In this document: in pieces, positions 1-9,124 of the stretch
How the letters are laid out: each line of letters opens with the position of its first letter
How positions within the stretch are numbered: position 1 is the first letter of the stretch
Made by a program: the position numbers and the translations under genes
IMG/VR virus record: IMGVR_UViG_3300017589_000155
Location: 1-44,363 of that record
Source of the DNA: a virus
Lineage: Duplodnaviria; Caudoviricetes
Strand: one strand, 5' to 3'
Length of the DNA: 44,363 nucleotides
The notes under the pieces: model-generated
The model's input: the letters and a program-made list of their open reading frames with translations, nothing else
Database searches by the model: none
What the model was told of the DNA's origin: nothing

Positions 1-71
1 ATCAGGATAAGATAATAACAATTTCGGGACGTAATCTGGAAATTATCCAAAAATCTACATTAGAAATAATT

Positions 72-193
72 GCGGAGAAGGGGTAAACGTGAATGCAGCT
101 GACCGCCCGAAAGGCGGGCTCTCGAAGAGAGCTTTAAGCCTGCAGGGCGTGCCTCCTCCCGCACAAAGTGCGGTAAACGCAAGTCTCCGCTAC
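72..193 (+). other. Multi-hairpin structured element on the host side of the att site
   Basis: Closing stem GCGGAGA(72-78)/TCTCCGC(184-190). Internal stems TGCAG/CTGCA, CCGCC/GGCGG, GCTCTC-GAA-GAGAGC and CCGCAC-AAA-GTGCGG. Confidence 0.55.
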
Positions 194-195
194 AC

Positions 196-229
196 AAAAA
201 AAGCAGATCAAAATTGATCTGCTTTTTTT
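196..229. terminator. Bidirectional intrinsic terminator, probably the original host tRNA terminator
   Basis: AAAAAAAGCAGATCA-aaat-TGATCTGCTTTTTTT hairpin directly downstream of the displaced tRNA 3' end. Confidence 0.75.
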
Positions 230-249
230 AGTAGCGGAGACAGGATTCG
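225..249. repeat. Left attachment site (duplicated tRNA-fMet 3' end)
   Basis: TTTTTAGTAGCGGAGACAGGA (21 bp) is identical to 44267-44287, followed by one mismatch and then TCG. Confidence 0.92.
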
Positions 250-326
250 GAACAGCAAGCAACTGATTTATAAAATCATTATTTTCAATTACTTGGCTTC
301 TGCAAAATCCCGTTTTTTTCATTTTT

Positions 327-347
327 TTGTCCCGATTTTGACCCGTT
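327..347. promoter_or_regulatory. Putative integrase arm-type sites, left
   Basis: TTGTCCCGAT and TTGACCCGTT with 11-bp period. Matching pair at 44196-44216. Confidence 0.55.
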
Positions 348-399
348 TAATGTCGCGGAGAAAGAGCTCCAACCCACGACATTATGGGTCTGTTTTAAA

Positions 400-828
400 T
401 TAGTTTCTTGACTTGATTTGAGTTATATTCTTATGAATTTCGTGAGTGTTTTGAGGGTTATCTTCAGTGTAGACCGAAGTAAGAATACCCTCTATTCGAC
501 TGGAGTCAGCATAGGCCTCCAGTTTCTTTAGAATGATTTTGGTTATCTCTTTAACATGGTTTGCATAAAACTCCTCATAGGTTATCTCTTCATCAGAATC
601 CTCCTTAACATACATTTCACCCTCTCCTGTTATTAACCATTTAGGAGAGATATCCGGGTAAGCTTGTAAGATAGAGAACAATGTGCTGTAATTGGGTTCT
701 GCTTTTTCATGAAGAATTGCGCCAATAGTAGTATCAGCACAATGTATCGTGCGAGAAAAACAGCGAATACTCAACTTTTTACTACAAAGCACCAACTTTA
801 TACGCTCAGATATGTTTTTATTGCGCAT
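400..828 (-). CDS. CI-like HTH repressor
   Basis: N-terminal XRE-like HTH (ISERIK...LSIRCFSRTI) and the ISPKWLITGEGEM motif typical of phage repressors. Divergent from the early operon. Confidence 0.8.
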   Translation of the reverse strand: MRNKNISERIKLVLCSKKLSIRCFSRTIHCADTTIGAILHEKAEPNYSTLFSILQAYPDISPKWLITGEGEMYVKEDSDEEITYEEFYANHVKEITKIILKKLEAYADSSRIEGILTSVYTEDNPQNTHEIHKNITQIKSRN

Positions 829-932
829 TTTAACTTGATATTGCGAGTTATTATTTGCAGTTTTGTGCCTGTAATCAGTAAAATAACTACAATCATAACC
901 ACAAACATAACCTCAATTATAACCTATTTTCA

Positions 933-1118
933 ATGTCCAAATTTATAAAAGAAATTGGTTTGTCGTATGGAATTGCGAAAGTAATTGCAAAAAAAATAAA
1001 TACGACCCCTCAGTATGTACGCAATGTTCACTTCAAAAATAAGAATGGACATAATTTTAATGGCATAAAAGCCAAGAAAATTCTGCGTTTAATCGAGAAA
1101 TATCACCCCGAAAAGTGA
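933..1118 (+). CDS. Cro/Xis-like small DNA-binding protein
   Basis: 61 aa, basic, HTH-like (IAKKINTTPQYVRNV), divergent from the repressor. Confidence 0.6.
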   Translation: MSKFIKEIGLSYGIAKVIAKKINTTPQYVRNVHFKNKNGHNFNGIKAKKILRLIEKYHPEK

Positions 1119-1217
1119 CTTGTTCAGTAGTTGCGCAATAATATTTGCACTTAGAATTTACCAAATACCTTCAAATAGAACTATGTAATATTAAAATACC
1201 ATTCAACCTGCCAAACT

Positions 1218-1442
1218 ATGAACACCGGAGAAATCAAAATCATTGAAAGTGATTTAATCTTAGTCAACCGATTCATTACTCACATTGGAGCAATGAGAAG
1301 CAGACAGATAGCATATAAAAGGGATAAGAGGGATGCGGATTATTCCTTATCAAAAGCCCTGGAGGAGCAAGTTGATAACTCATATTCAGAAGTTGTCAAA
1401 GCCTGTTCAAGAATATTAACGGCATACAACAATGAAAATTAA
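1218..1442 (+). CDS. Hypothetical early protein
   Basis: 74-aa ATG ORF in a tightly packed early operon. Confidence 0.65.
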   Translation: MNTGEIKIIESDLILVNRFITHIGAMRSRQIAYKRDKRDADYSLSKALEEQVDNSYSEVVKACSRILTAYNNEN

Positions 1443-1444
1443 TA

Positions 1445-1672
1445 ATGGAAATCAATATCAAAACAGCCAAGATAGTCCTTAAAGCTCTCCGAATAGCCAA
1501 GCATACAGTAACCTTTGAGTACTCCAAAAAGGAACTGATTGCTATCATTAACGGATTAGGTGATGAAGAACGATTATCATTCTTAGATTCTCAGACATCA
1601 ATAATTGAATTCATTGATGATCTGGAAAAAGTTCAACGAGATTTTGAAACAGTAATTGGACGCAACGTATGA
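1445..1672 (+). CDS. Hypothetical early protein
   Basis: 75 aa; stop overlaps the next start (ATGA). Confidence 0.65.
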   Translation: MEINIKTAKIVLKALRIAKHTVTFEYSKKELIAIINGLGDEERLSFLDSQTSIIEFIDDLEKVQRDFETVIGRNV

Positions 1673-1920
1673 TAATCGTAACAAAAGACAACCAAGAATA
1701 TATGCCTCTTCTTTTTGGGAGTGTGGAGAGTGAGACACCCACACAACATATAACCTGTATAAAATTGAAAACTGATGGTAGCCCCGTTCTGGATCTGTTT
1801 GGAAGAGTAGCCCACTACAAGGTTCATATATCCGAACTAAAGGAGTTCAAAGGCTCCTACTCTATAGCAGCGACAGTAAATAACCCCCTACCATCAGAAT
1901 TCAATAATGGCTCGAATTGA
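1669..1920 (+). CDS. Hypothetical early protein
   Basis: 83 aa; overlaps both neighbours. Confidence 0.65.
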   Translation: MIIVTKDNQEYMPLLFGSVESETPTQHITCIKLKTDGSPVLDLFGRVAHYKVHISELKEFKGSYSIAATVNNPLPSEFNNGSN

Positions 1921-4750
1921 AAAAGACAGCATACTTTCAGCAACGGATGGAGGTAAGAACGTAATACTGGATTACTACCCACAGGCATCTGTGGGTTTTT
2001 CCTCCCGAAGAAACTTTAAGCTCCGCTCAGACGACCGTAATCCATCTGCAGCCGTATTCCTGAAAGAGAAAGTTTGGTTCATACAAGACAAAGGGGGCTC
2101 AGACAACAAAGCCTACTCTGCCATTTCATTAGTGATGGAGAATGAAAAGCTTAGTTTCCCTCAGGCACTGGAATTCATAGCTTCGAAATTTGCCCCTCAT
2201 TTGCTTGATGAACGCAAACAGACGATAGGCCCACGGCCACGAATGGAACGAGCAACACCATCAGACAAACTGGTGGTAAAAGTAGCCAAGCGTGAATTAA
2301 CCCAGCGAGAGCTGGACTACCTAGGATACCGGATAAACCAAACCACCTGCGAGGAGCTCTGCCTTAAGCCGGTGGAGTCGTATGTTTCCAGATGCAACGA
2401 CAAAGGGCAGAGCTGGGAATTCTTTCCTACAGAAGAATATCCCATTTACTACTATGATTATGGCAGCTGGGGAAAGATATATCAACCACTGGGAGAACTC
2501 CGTTTCCTGTATGCCGGGGAGAAACCGTCGAACTTCATTTTCGGAGGGCACAAGTTTCTGAGGCTATACGAGGATGCGCGAAAAGGAGATTTTCCCGAGA
2601 TAGATAAAGATACGCAGGTGGACGAGAGATGGGAGCATCTGATACTTTGCTCAGGTCCATCCGATGCGCTCAACGTATCTGCAGCAGGATATCATGTTTG
2701 CTGGTTGAACTCCGAATCGGCAACCCTAACTCAGTACGACTACTCCCTACTCACTAGACTGGCAAAGAACCTTTATATATGTTACGATATAGACAGTACA
2801 GGAATAAATAAAATGTACGATTTGGCTCTGCAATACCTCGACTTGAAAATACTAATCCTCCCGGAGAGTCTGGGAAAGATTAGGACCCGGGGAGGGAAGT
2901 TCTGCAAGGATGCGAAAGACTTTTTTGTACACTATAGAAGACCCGACCAGCAGAATCCTCACAAGTTGTTTGAACAACTGGTGAAGCTGTCGTTTTCCCT
3001 TAAATTCTGGGTGGAGAAGAGAGACAGAAAAGGTGATTTTATTGGATACGATATAAACAACGAACAGCTTTACTCATTCTTGGCAGCGTGCGGATTCTGG
3101 AAGATTGAAACCAGCACCAACAAAAAAGAATTTACATACTGTTTCATAAAGGATAATGTAGTAAAGCTGATAAGTGAAGAGAAGATATCTGCAGCATGTT
3201 CGGCATACCTCATTGAGTACCTACGAGAGCATCCCGAGTACTACTCGCAAATGCTTGTCAATGCCATCCATCGAAGTAACCAGATAAAAATAGGCTCACT
3301 GGACAAGCTCAGAACGATATCTCCGAACTTCAAGTCATACGACAAGTATTCAGATACCATCTTTTTCAGGAACGCGACAGTAAGGATATCTAAAGAGGAT
3401 ATCGAAGCTCTAAAGCCAGGGAGCACGGACTTTTTTGTATATGATCATAAGATAATAGACCATGACTTTACTATGCTGGAGCCACTCTTCGAAATAGAAT
3501 ACACCGAAGAGTATGCAACTCTTATGAACTTATACAAAGCGAGCGACCTGCCGCTGAACTCTCCCGAGAGAGCAGCTCTAAAGAAGAAACTGGACACCAT
3601 TCCCGATACAGCAAGATATAACCTCTCCATCCGTGATACACACTTCTCATTCCTGCGCTACATATACAACACCGGAAGAGCTTACTGGAGGAAAGAAGAA
3701 CTGGGACACTCCCTGTCTGCAGAAGAGAAAAAAGAAGTAGAACTCCATTTCATAAACAAAGTGTGCGCTCTGGGATATCAGATATTTAAGTACAAAGAGG
3801 CCGGACTGGCATATGGGATTTATGCAATGGAACTGGAGTCATCCGATGTGGGAACACACCTAGGAGGAACAGGCAAGTCATTATTCATTTCCTCGATAGA
3901 ACAGGTGAGAAAGCAGCTGTTCATTAACGGACAGGACCTGAACATGAATGATGCACAATTTCTATTCTCGGGAGTAGAACGAGGGGTAACTGACCATGTA
4001 TTTTTTGACGACTTAAACGAGTTCATAGACTTGCATAGGTTCATGCCTATGATAACAGGAAAAATGTCAGTAAACGCCAAATATCAGAATGCATTCACAC
4101 TAGATTTCAGCGACTCCCCACGAGTAGCATTTACCTCCAACCACGGGATAAAGAACTTTGATGCCTCACTTCGCCGGAGGACATGGTTCACTGCGTTCAG
4201 CTCCTATTACCACCCCGACGACCCAATGCGAGGGCTGAAAGAACGCTCACCATTTACAGAGTTCGGGAAGAACTTGATAAGTGACTACACCACCGCTGAA
4301 ATGAACCAGTTCTACAACTTCATGCTGCAATGCCTGCAGACGTTCCTGCAATTCCGGGAGAGGATACAGCCACCGATGGGACAGATAGAGAAACGAAACA
4401 TCCAGCGAGCAATCGGAGATGAATTTATATGGTGGGCCGAAGACTACTTCAATGCGGATCGACTGAATGTTTTGATAAATAAACACACGGCATTCGAGGC
4501 ATACAAGGCAACATTGAACGAGAAGACTGCGAAGATGATTAAGATAAACACCTTCAAGAACCGACTCATTCAATTTTGCCAATACAACGACTGGATATTC
4601 AATCCCCAGGGGATGCTGACATCCGAATCCGAGAAAGAAAGAAACGAGATACGAAGGAAAGAGAACGGAGAGGATGCATACTTCTATTTTATATCCACAT
4701 ACCCAGCAGGGAAGAAAAATGTAGATGATTACGATGATTTACCTCTATAG
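1907..4750 (+). CDS. DNA primase-helicase fusion (TOPRIM plus P-loop helicase)
   Basis: Primase-like N-terminus, TOPRIM-like LCSGPSDAL, CYDIDSTG and KDAKD, Walker A GGTGKS, Walker B FFDD, FTSN motif. Confidence 0.85.
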   Translation: MARIEKDSILSATDGGKNVILDYYPQASVGFSSRRNFKLRSDDRNPSAAVFLKEKVWFIQDKGGSDNKAYSAISLVMENEKLSFPQALEFIASKFAPHLLDERKQTIGPRPRMERATPSDKLVVKVAKRELTQRELDYLGYRINQTTCEELCLKPVESYVSRCNDKGQSWEFFPTEEYPIYYYDYGSWGKIYQPLGELRFLYAGEKPSNFIFGGHKFLRLYEDARKGDFPEIDKDTQVDERWEHLILCSGPSDALNVSAAGYHVCWLNSESATLTQYDYSLLTRLAKNLYICYDIDSTGINKMYDLALQYLDLKILILPESLGKIRTRGGKFCKDAKDFFVHYRRPDQQNPHKLFEQLVKLSFSLKFWVEKRDRKGDFIGYDINNEQLYSFLAACGFWKIETSTNKKEFTYCFIKDNVVKLISEEKISAACSAYLIEYLREHPEYYSQMLVNAIHRSNQIKIGSLDKLRTISPNFKSYDKYSDTIFFRNATVRISKEDIEALKPGSTDFFVYDHKIIDHDFTMLEPLFEIEYTEEYATLMNLYKASDLPLNSPERAALKKKLDTIPDTARYNLSIRDTHFSFLRYIYNTGRAYWRKEELGHSLSAEEKKEVELHFINKVCALGYQIFKYKEAGLAYGIYAMELESSDVGTHLGGTGKSLFISSIEQVRKQLFINGQDLNMNDAQFLFSGVERGVTDHVFFDDLNEFIDLHRFMPMITGKMSVNAKYQNAFTLDFSDSPRVAFTSNHGIKNFDASLRRRTWFTAFSSYYHPDDPMRGLKERSPFTEFGKNLISDYTTAEMNQFYNFMLQCLQTFLQFRERIQPPMGQIEKRNIQRAIGDEFIWWAEDYFNADRLNVLINKHTAFEAYKATLNEKTAKMIKINTFKNRLIQFCQYNDWIFNPQGMLTSESEKERNEIRRKENGEDAYFYFISTYPAGKKNVDDYDDLPL

Positions 4751-4813
4751 GGAGGCACTTCTCAATTTTATTGAACAATGAGAACTAAAGATGAACAACT
4801 CCACTTTCTATTT

Positions 4814-5116
4814 TCTTTGACGCTTTTGACGCTTAAAGAAGAAGAGTCTTTTAAGAGGATAATAGCTAAGAACTTACAGCGCGTCAAAAAACGCGTCAAT
4901 TTGGCTCTTTTTGGTTTTGTGCCGACGCCGAGAGTTTCCGAAGCGTTAAAACGTGGAGAATTTGACACGGCTCTGTATTGATGTGCAAAACAATTTATTA
5001 CAGGGATTTCGATTGAAATAAGCTTCAATCCTGCGTCAACAACAAAATGCAAAATGACGCACTGTAATATATTGTCTGCCCGATGGATACAGAACCGGCG
5101 TCAAAAGCGTCAAAGA
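4814..5116. other. Putative replication origin (iteron cluster)
   Basis: Seven GCGTCAA/TTGACGC heptamers, bounded by a perfect 19-bp inverted repeat (4814-4832 and 5098-5116), just after the primase-helicase. Confidence 0.6.
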
Positions 5117-5187
5117 TTTAAGAAAATAATCCAATGTATTAAAGAAAGTGGGGTTTAAAAGAATCAACATTAAAACAATATTTGCGA

Positions 5188-5700
5188 ATGGAACGAATGA
5201 CTGTTGATGTCAAAGTGGGGAAAGCTCTAAAGGAGTTTATTGTTTCAAGCAATGGCTCCGATATACTTGACCCGGGGAAAGACACTATACTATGGTGCCT
5301 GATGAAACAACACCTGATGAATCGCCCGGGATACATGCTGATAAAAGATAGAACTGAATATGTTTACATAACGCTGCGAAACAAGAACGGAGTAAAGACA
5401 TATAGCGTACCCGACAGACGAAACCTCTCCATGGAAACATTATTCAGATCCTACCTAGACGAGCATGGCCAAGCAGTAATAAGAAAGCACTTTGAGAAGG
5501 AGTTCAAGAAGTCATTCCGGGACTACATGAAAGGGGCATTGAATAATAATCCAAACATGAGAATCATTGATGCAATAGCAGAATTCTGCGCTGACCACAA
5601 TGTCACGCTGACCAACATCACCATATCAATGCTGCAAAAAGACTGGTACCGGTATAGAACAAAATGTGCCGTGAAGAGCGTATGTCCTCTATGTTTTTAA
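5188..5700 (+). CDS. Hypothetical protein, candidate late transcription activator
   Basis: ATG at 5188 preferred over the track's TTG at 5182. Helical HTH-like C-terminus. Lies between replication and structural genes. Function is inference. Confidence 0.55.
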   Translation: MERMTVDVKVGKALKEFIVSSNGSDILDPGKDTILWCLMKQHLMNRPGYMLIKDRTEYVYITLRNKNGVKTYSVPDRRNLSMETLFRSYLDEHGQAVIRKHFEKEFKKSFRDYMKGALNNNPNMRIIDAIAEFCADHNVTLTNITISMLQKDWYRYRTKCAVKSVCPLCF

Positions 5701-5702
5701 AG

Positions 5703-5771
5703 AATATTTGCTCCCCTTAATGTCCCATAAAAAACTGCTTTCAAAATAAATATTTGCTCCCCTTAATGTCC
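5703..5771 (+). repeat. 23-bp perfect direct repeat AATATTTGCTCCCCTTAATGTCC
   Basis: Copies at 5703-5725 and 5749-5771 (46-bp period). Confidence 0.9.
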
Positions 5772-5788
5772 TAGAAAATTCACTACTT

Positions 5789-6226
5789 ATGAAGCTTGGA
5801 ATAAAGAAAATTGAGACCATTTCTGCATCAAAAATCAAGAACTGCGGATACCTGCCCCGAAACGCCACCATCAACCTTTTGCCATTTGTCACCGGCCCTT
5901 TCTCTGAATTACAATTCTCACAGGGGACTGCTTCCCTAGAGGAGGAATGGCTGGAGAGCCCTGCAGGATTATACAGCCAAGTAACACTCAACGGTTCTGT
6001 GAGGGTAAAGGTGAAAGAGATGGAGCCTATTCTATCGGGGCTGATGGTAAGTGAAAACATATACAGAGTGACAACCATGGAGAATGAAAAACTGATAATT
6101 GGAAGCTTGGACTTCATGCCAAAGATGATTTACAAAAGAGCGATATCCGGAATAACATCCTCAGAACTGCTCTTCACAATAACTTGCAAATCACCGCACG
6201 GAGTAATGCGAGAGGCTGCTGTATAG
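5789..6226 (+). CDS. Hypothetical phage protein, possibly structural
   Basis: 145 aa, beta-rich, upstream of the head genes. Confidence 0.7.
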   Translation: MKLGIKKIETISASKIKNCGYLPRNATINLLPFVTGPFSELQFSQGTASLEEEWLESPAGLYSQVTLNGSVRVKVKEMEPILSGLMVSENIYRVTTMENEKLIIGSLDFMPKMIYKRAISGITSSELLFTITCKSPHGVMREAAV

Positions 6227-6260
6227 TCCTTTTCTTTAGATAAGGCTCACTTCATATTTG
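6226..6260 (+). promoter_or_regulatory. Putative late promoter
   Basis: GTCCTTT-N20-CATATTTG; same spacing as at 9860, 27386 and 37215. Confidence 0.6.
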
Positions 6261-6280
6261 TATAGATTTTATCAAATTCT

Positions 6281-7561
6281 ATGCAATACTCCTTTATCAA
6301 ACACCTCATAGACGGCATTTGGATGATTCATCCGAGTGCCGCCTCTGCTTGGCTACCAGTGTACCAAGGTGCATTTTCCGGATTGGAGCTTTCACCTGAG
6401 GCTGAGCCTGAGAATACTGTGCCTTATATGGTTTCGGTGGAATCAAAAAGACGTATCGATACCACCGGCAACCAAGAGCCGGATAAGACTGAGAAACAAA
6501 TTTTCGTTGCTTCTCTTCGCGGTGTAGTATTAAAGCACGATGCAGCCTGTGGACCGGTAGGGACACGCACCATAGCACAACGGTTACTTACCGCAGACAA
6601 GCAAGAAAATATCATTGGCCACATCCTCATAACTGAAAGCGGCGGAGGACTGGGAGCAGCTGTACCTGAACTGGCAGAGGCAATCCACTCTCTTCAAAAA
6701 CCTATCCTCGCTTGGGTTGATGGCATATCAGCATCAGCCGCATATTACATCAACTCGTATTGCAATCATATAATGGCCTCTCGTGAGTCAGACCAAATAG
6801 GTTGCATCGGTACCCTTGTGACTCTGGAGGGATATCCAAAGTATTCCAAGCTTCCGGATGGAAAAGTAATCGCACGGATTTATGCCGATGGCGCAGATGA
6901 AAAGAACGAAGAGTATGAGCAAGCCCTGGAGGGAAACTTTAAACCAATAAAAGAAAGAGTGCTCAACCCTCATAACGAGAAGTTCAAAAGTGATGTAAAG
7001 GCAAACAGAGCCGGGGCTCTTCCTGAACATGTGAAAGGCCGAACCTATAACGCATCAGAGGTACTGGGAACACTTATCGATTCAATAGGTAGCCTCGAGG
7101 ATGCTGTTCAAAAGATCATTGAGATTTCCAAAACAAATAACGACACAAATCCAAAACCACATAATTCTAAAACAATGCCCGATTTAATCAATCTCAATCA
7201 AATTGAATCTATAAGAGATTTTGCTCTTGTGGACGGCCAAGCGTCATTCAACTCCCAACAGTTGGATGAAATAGAGCAAAGACTTGCAGAGGGGGCAACA
7301 GCTTCCGCGCGAGTTACTGAACTGGATGGCTCGGTTACTTCCCTCACAAAGGAGAAGAACACTCTCAAAGAAGAACTTCAGCAAAAAGACGCTCGCGTTT
7401 TGGAGCTTGAAAATGCACTGGAAGCTGCAACAAAAGACGGAGCAGCCGACAAATCCGCAACCGCATTAAAGGACACCGATGCCGCTGGTTCCACAGTAGT
7501 CGTTGATGAGTTCCAAGCGGCTAAAACATTTTGCGAAAATCATTTAAAAAATCATAAGTAA
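6281..7561 (+). CDS. S49 (SppA/ClpP-like) prohead protease with C-terminal coiled-coil scaffold
   Basis: ESGGG, SASAAYYI, IGCIGT motifs; coiled-coil tail; directly upstream of the capsid gene. Confidence 0.85.
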   Translation: MQYSFIKHLIDGIWMIHPSAASAWLPVYQGAFSGLELSPEAEPENTVPYMVSVESKRRIDTTGNQEPDKTEKQIFVASLRGVVLKHDAACGPVGTRTIAQRLLTADKQENIIGHILITESGGGLGAAVPELAEAIHSLQKPILAWVDGISASAAYYINSYCNHIMASRESDQIGCIGTLVTLEGYPKYSKLPDGKVIARIYADGADEKNEEYEQALEGNFKPIKERVLNPHNEKFKSDVKANRAGALPEHVKGRTYNASEVLGTLIDSIGSLEDAVQKIIEISKTNNDTNPKPHNSKTMPDLINLNQIESIRDFALVDGQASFNSQQLDEIEQRLAEGATASARVTELDGSVTSLTKEKNTLKEELQQKDARVLELENALEAATKDGAADKSATALKDTDAAGSTVVVDEFQAAKTFCENHLKNHK

Positions 7562-8508
7562 TGGCAGAAGCACTTGACATTAAAGGTATCCTAGTAGGTT
7601 CAGGACACAAGTTCCGTAAAGAGATTCTCCTCATGCCGGTAGTGGCTATCTCAGAAACCACAAACCACATGACCATGCGCTATGGTGTGCGTGGTAAGGA
7701 AACAGTGGGAGAAGCAAGCTCAGGGGCAAAACTTAGGCCGTACACTTCGGCAAAAGGGGAAACAAACACCGCCAACATTGTTCCGAGAACCCTCGAGACT
7801 TTCCTTGGTGATGTAGTAGAAGAGTTCGACCCGTACACACTTTACAACACCGTTTATTCGGAGCCCCTCTCAAAGAAGAGAACCGAGATGGAAGTTGTAA
7901 AAACTCTGGCCGTGGAAATGTCCAAATCTGCAACCGAAGACCTCCCTCAGGTAATTTTCTCAGGTGTGAGAAATGCAGTCGGTACAACCACAATGGACCT
8001 CTTTGACGGCTTTGACACAATCATTAAAGCTGATATCCTTGCCGGAAATATCTCTGTTGCTAAAAACAATCTGGTACTGGCAGATGCAATCACCGCTGCA
8101 AACGCAGGTGACAAGCTGAAACTGATTCACAAGTCAGCTCACGTAACATTGAAGAACGGAGCAACAAAAATGTATGTTCCGGTAGCAATCAAAGAGCTTT
8201 ACGATGAGTGGTTCCTCGCTACTTTCGGAGCAGTATCTTATAACAACAGTTATGAGCAGACTTATCTCCACGGCACGAACAAAAAATGCGAACTGGTTGC
8301 TCTTCCGGGTATGGTTGATGCTGAACATATCATCCTCACTGTAAAGAGAAATATGTTAGTTGGTGTTGACCAGATGTCAGACCAAGAACGTGTGGAAATC
8401 AACAAATGTGATAACCCAAAAGCAGTACAGTTCTTTATGACTGCATTTTTCGGTGTTCAGATTGAGTCGTTAAACCCTAAGGTATTTCTGGCAGCATCAT
8501 TTTCATAA
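7561..8508 (+). CDS. Major capsid protein
   Basis: 315 aa, translationally coupled to the protease, with DLFDGFDT and a C-terminal FFGVQI pattern typical of HK97-fold capsids. Confidence 0.75.
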   Translation: MAEALDIKGILVGSGHKFRKEILLMPVVAISETTNHMTMRYGVRGKETVGEASSGAKLRPYTSAKGETNTANIVPRTLETFLGDVVEEFDPYTLYNTVYSEPLSKKRTEMEVVKTLAVEMSKSATEDLPQVIFSGVRNAVGTTTMDLFDGFDTIIKADILAGNISVAKNNLVLADAITAANAGDKLKLIHKSAHVTLKNGATKMYVPVAIKELYDEWFLATFGAVSYNNSYEQTYLHGTNKKCELVALPGMVDAEHIILTVKRNMLVGVDQMSDQERVEINKCDNPKAVQFFMTAFFGVQIESLNPKVFLAASFS

Positions 8509-8527
8509 CCATTAAAAGAGACATAAA

Positions 8528-9115
8528 ATGGCAACATTAGCAATAGGAAATATTGATTGGAAAAACGGGAAGATAAATCCTTCCGGGATAGTTCCCATAG
8601 CTTATCGCATCGCGAAAGCTGATATCACCTCTTGGCCAACCATAGAGGATGACCCGGAGGTAGCCGCCACAGTCGGAGCACTGGTCAACTATACCGGGGA
8701 CTTTGTTCTGGCCGTGGGTAAGGTGTGGGATAAGATTTACTCCACACAAGGGAAAGGCAAGGCGACATTTGAGCCGGTTGGTGAAACTGATATGGTTTCG
8801 TATGTAAACAAAGGAACACTCTCCTTTCCTGACTTAACAGACGAGGTGAGAGCATACGCCAAAGTAGCTGCCAACGGAGACTATGTGTACATCATTCACA
8901 CCCCCAATGGTCGCTATCATGTAATAGGAAACGAGGACCTGAGAGTGAAGAGCTCCTTCAGTGGAGATACCGGGGATGCAACAGGTTCGGCAAAAGGAGT
9001 GACAATATCTCTGGAGGTGCCGGATAACACTCCTCTCCCACTGTACTCTGGAGTGCTGGTAACTTCTGAAGGTTCACTCGACATCTCCACAAAGGTTTTC
9101 ACTCCAAAAGTTTAA
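8528..9115 (+). CDS. Probable major tail (tube) protein
   Basis: 195 aa, Gly/Thr/Val-rich beta protein after the capsid gene. Confidence 0.5.
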   Translation: MATLAIGNIDWKNGKINPSGIVPIAYRIAKADITSWPTIEDDPEVAATVGALVNYTGDFVLAVGKVWDKIYSTQGKGKATFEPVGETDMVSYVNKGTLSFPDLTDEVRAYAKVAANGDYVYIIHTPNGRYHVIGNEDLRVKSSFSGDTGDATGSAKGVTISLEVPDNTPLPLYSGVLVTSEGSLDISTKVFTPKV

Positions 9116-9124
9116 ACTTTAGTT

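Noticed and set aside
72-193. Second tRNA, tmRNA or SRP RNA
   Set aside because: No T-loop GTTCGA, anticodon arm or tmRNA end motifs; kept only as an unexplained structured element.
4768-5052. ORFs 4768-5052 (-) and 4778-4981 (+)
   Set aside because: They overlap the iteron cluster and have no recognisable motifs; better explained as origin DNA, though 4778-4981 cannot be fully excluded.
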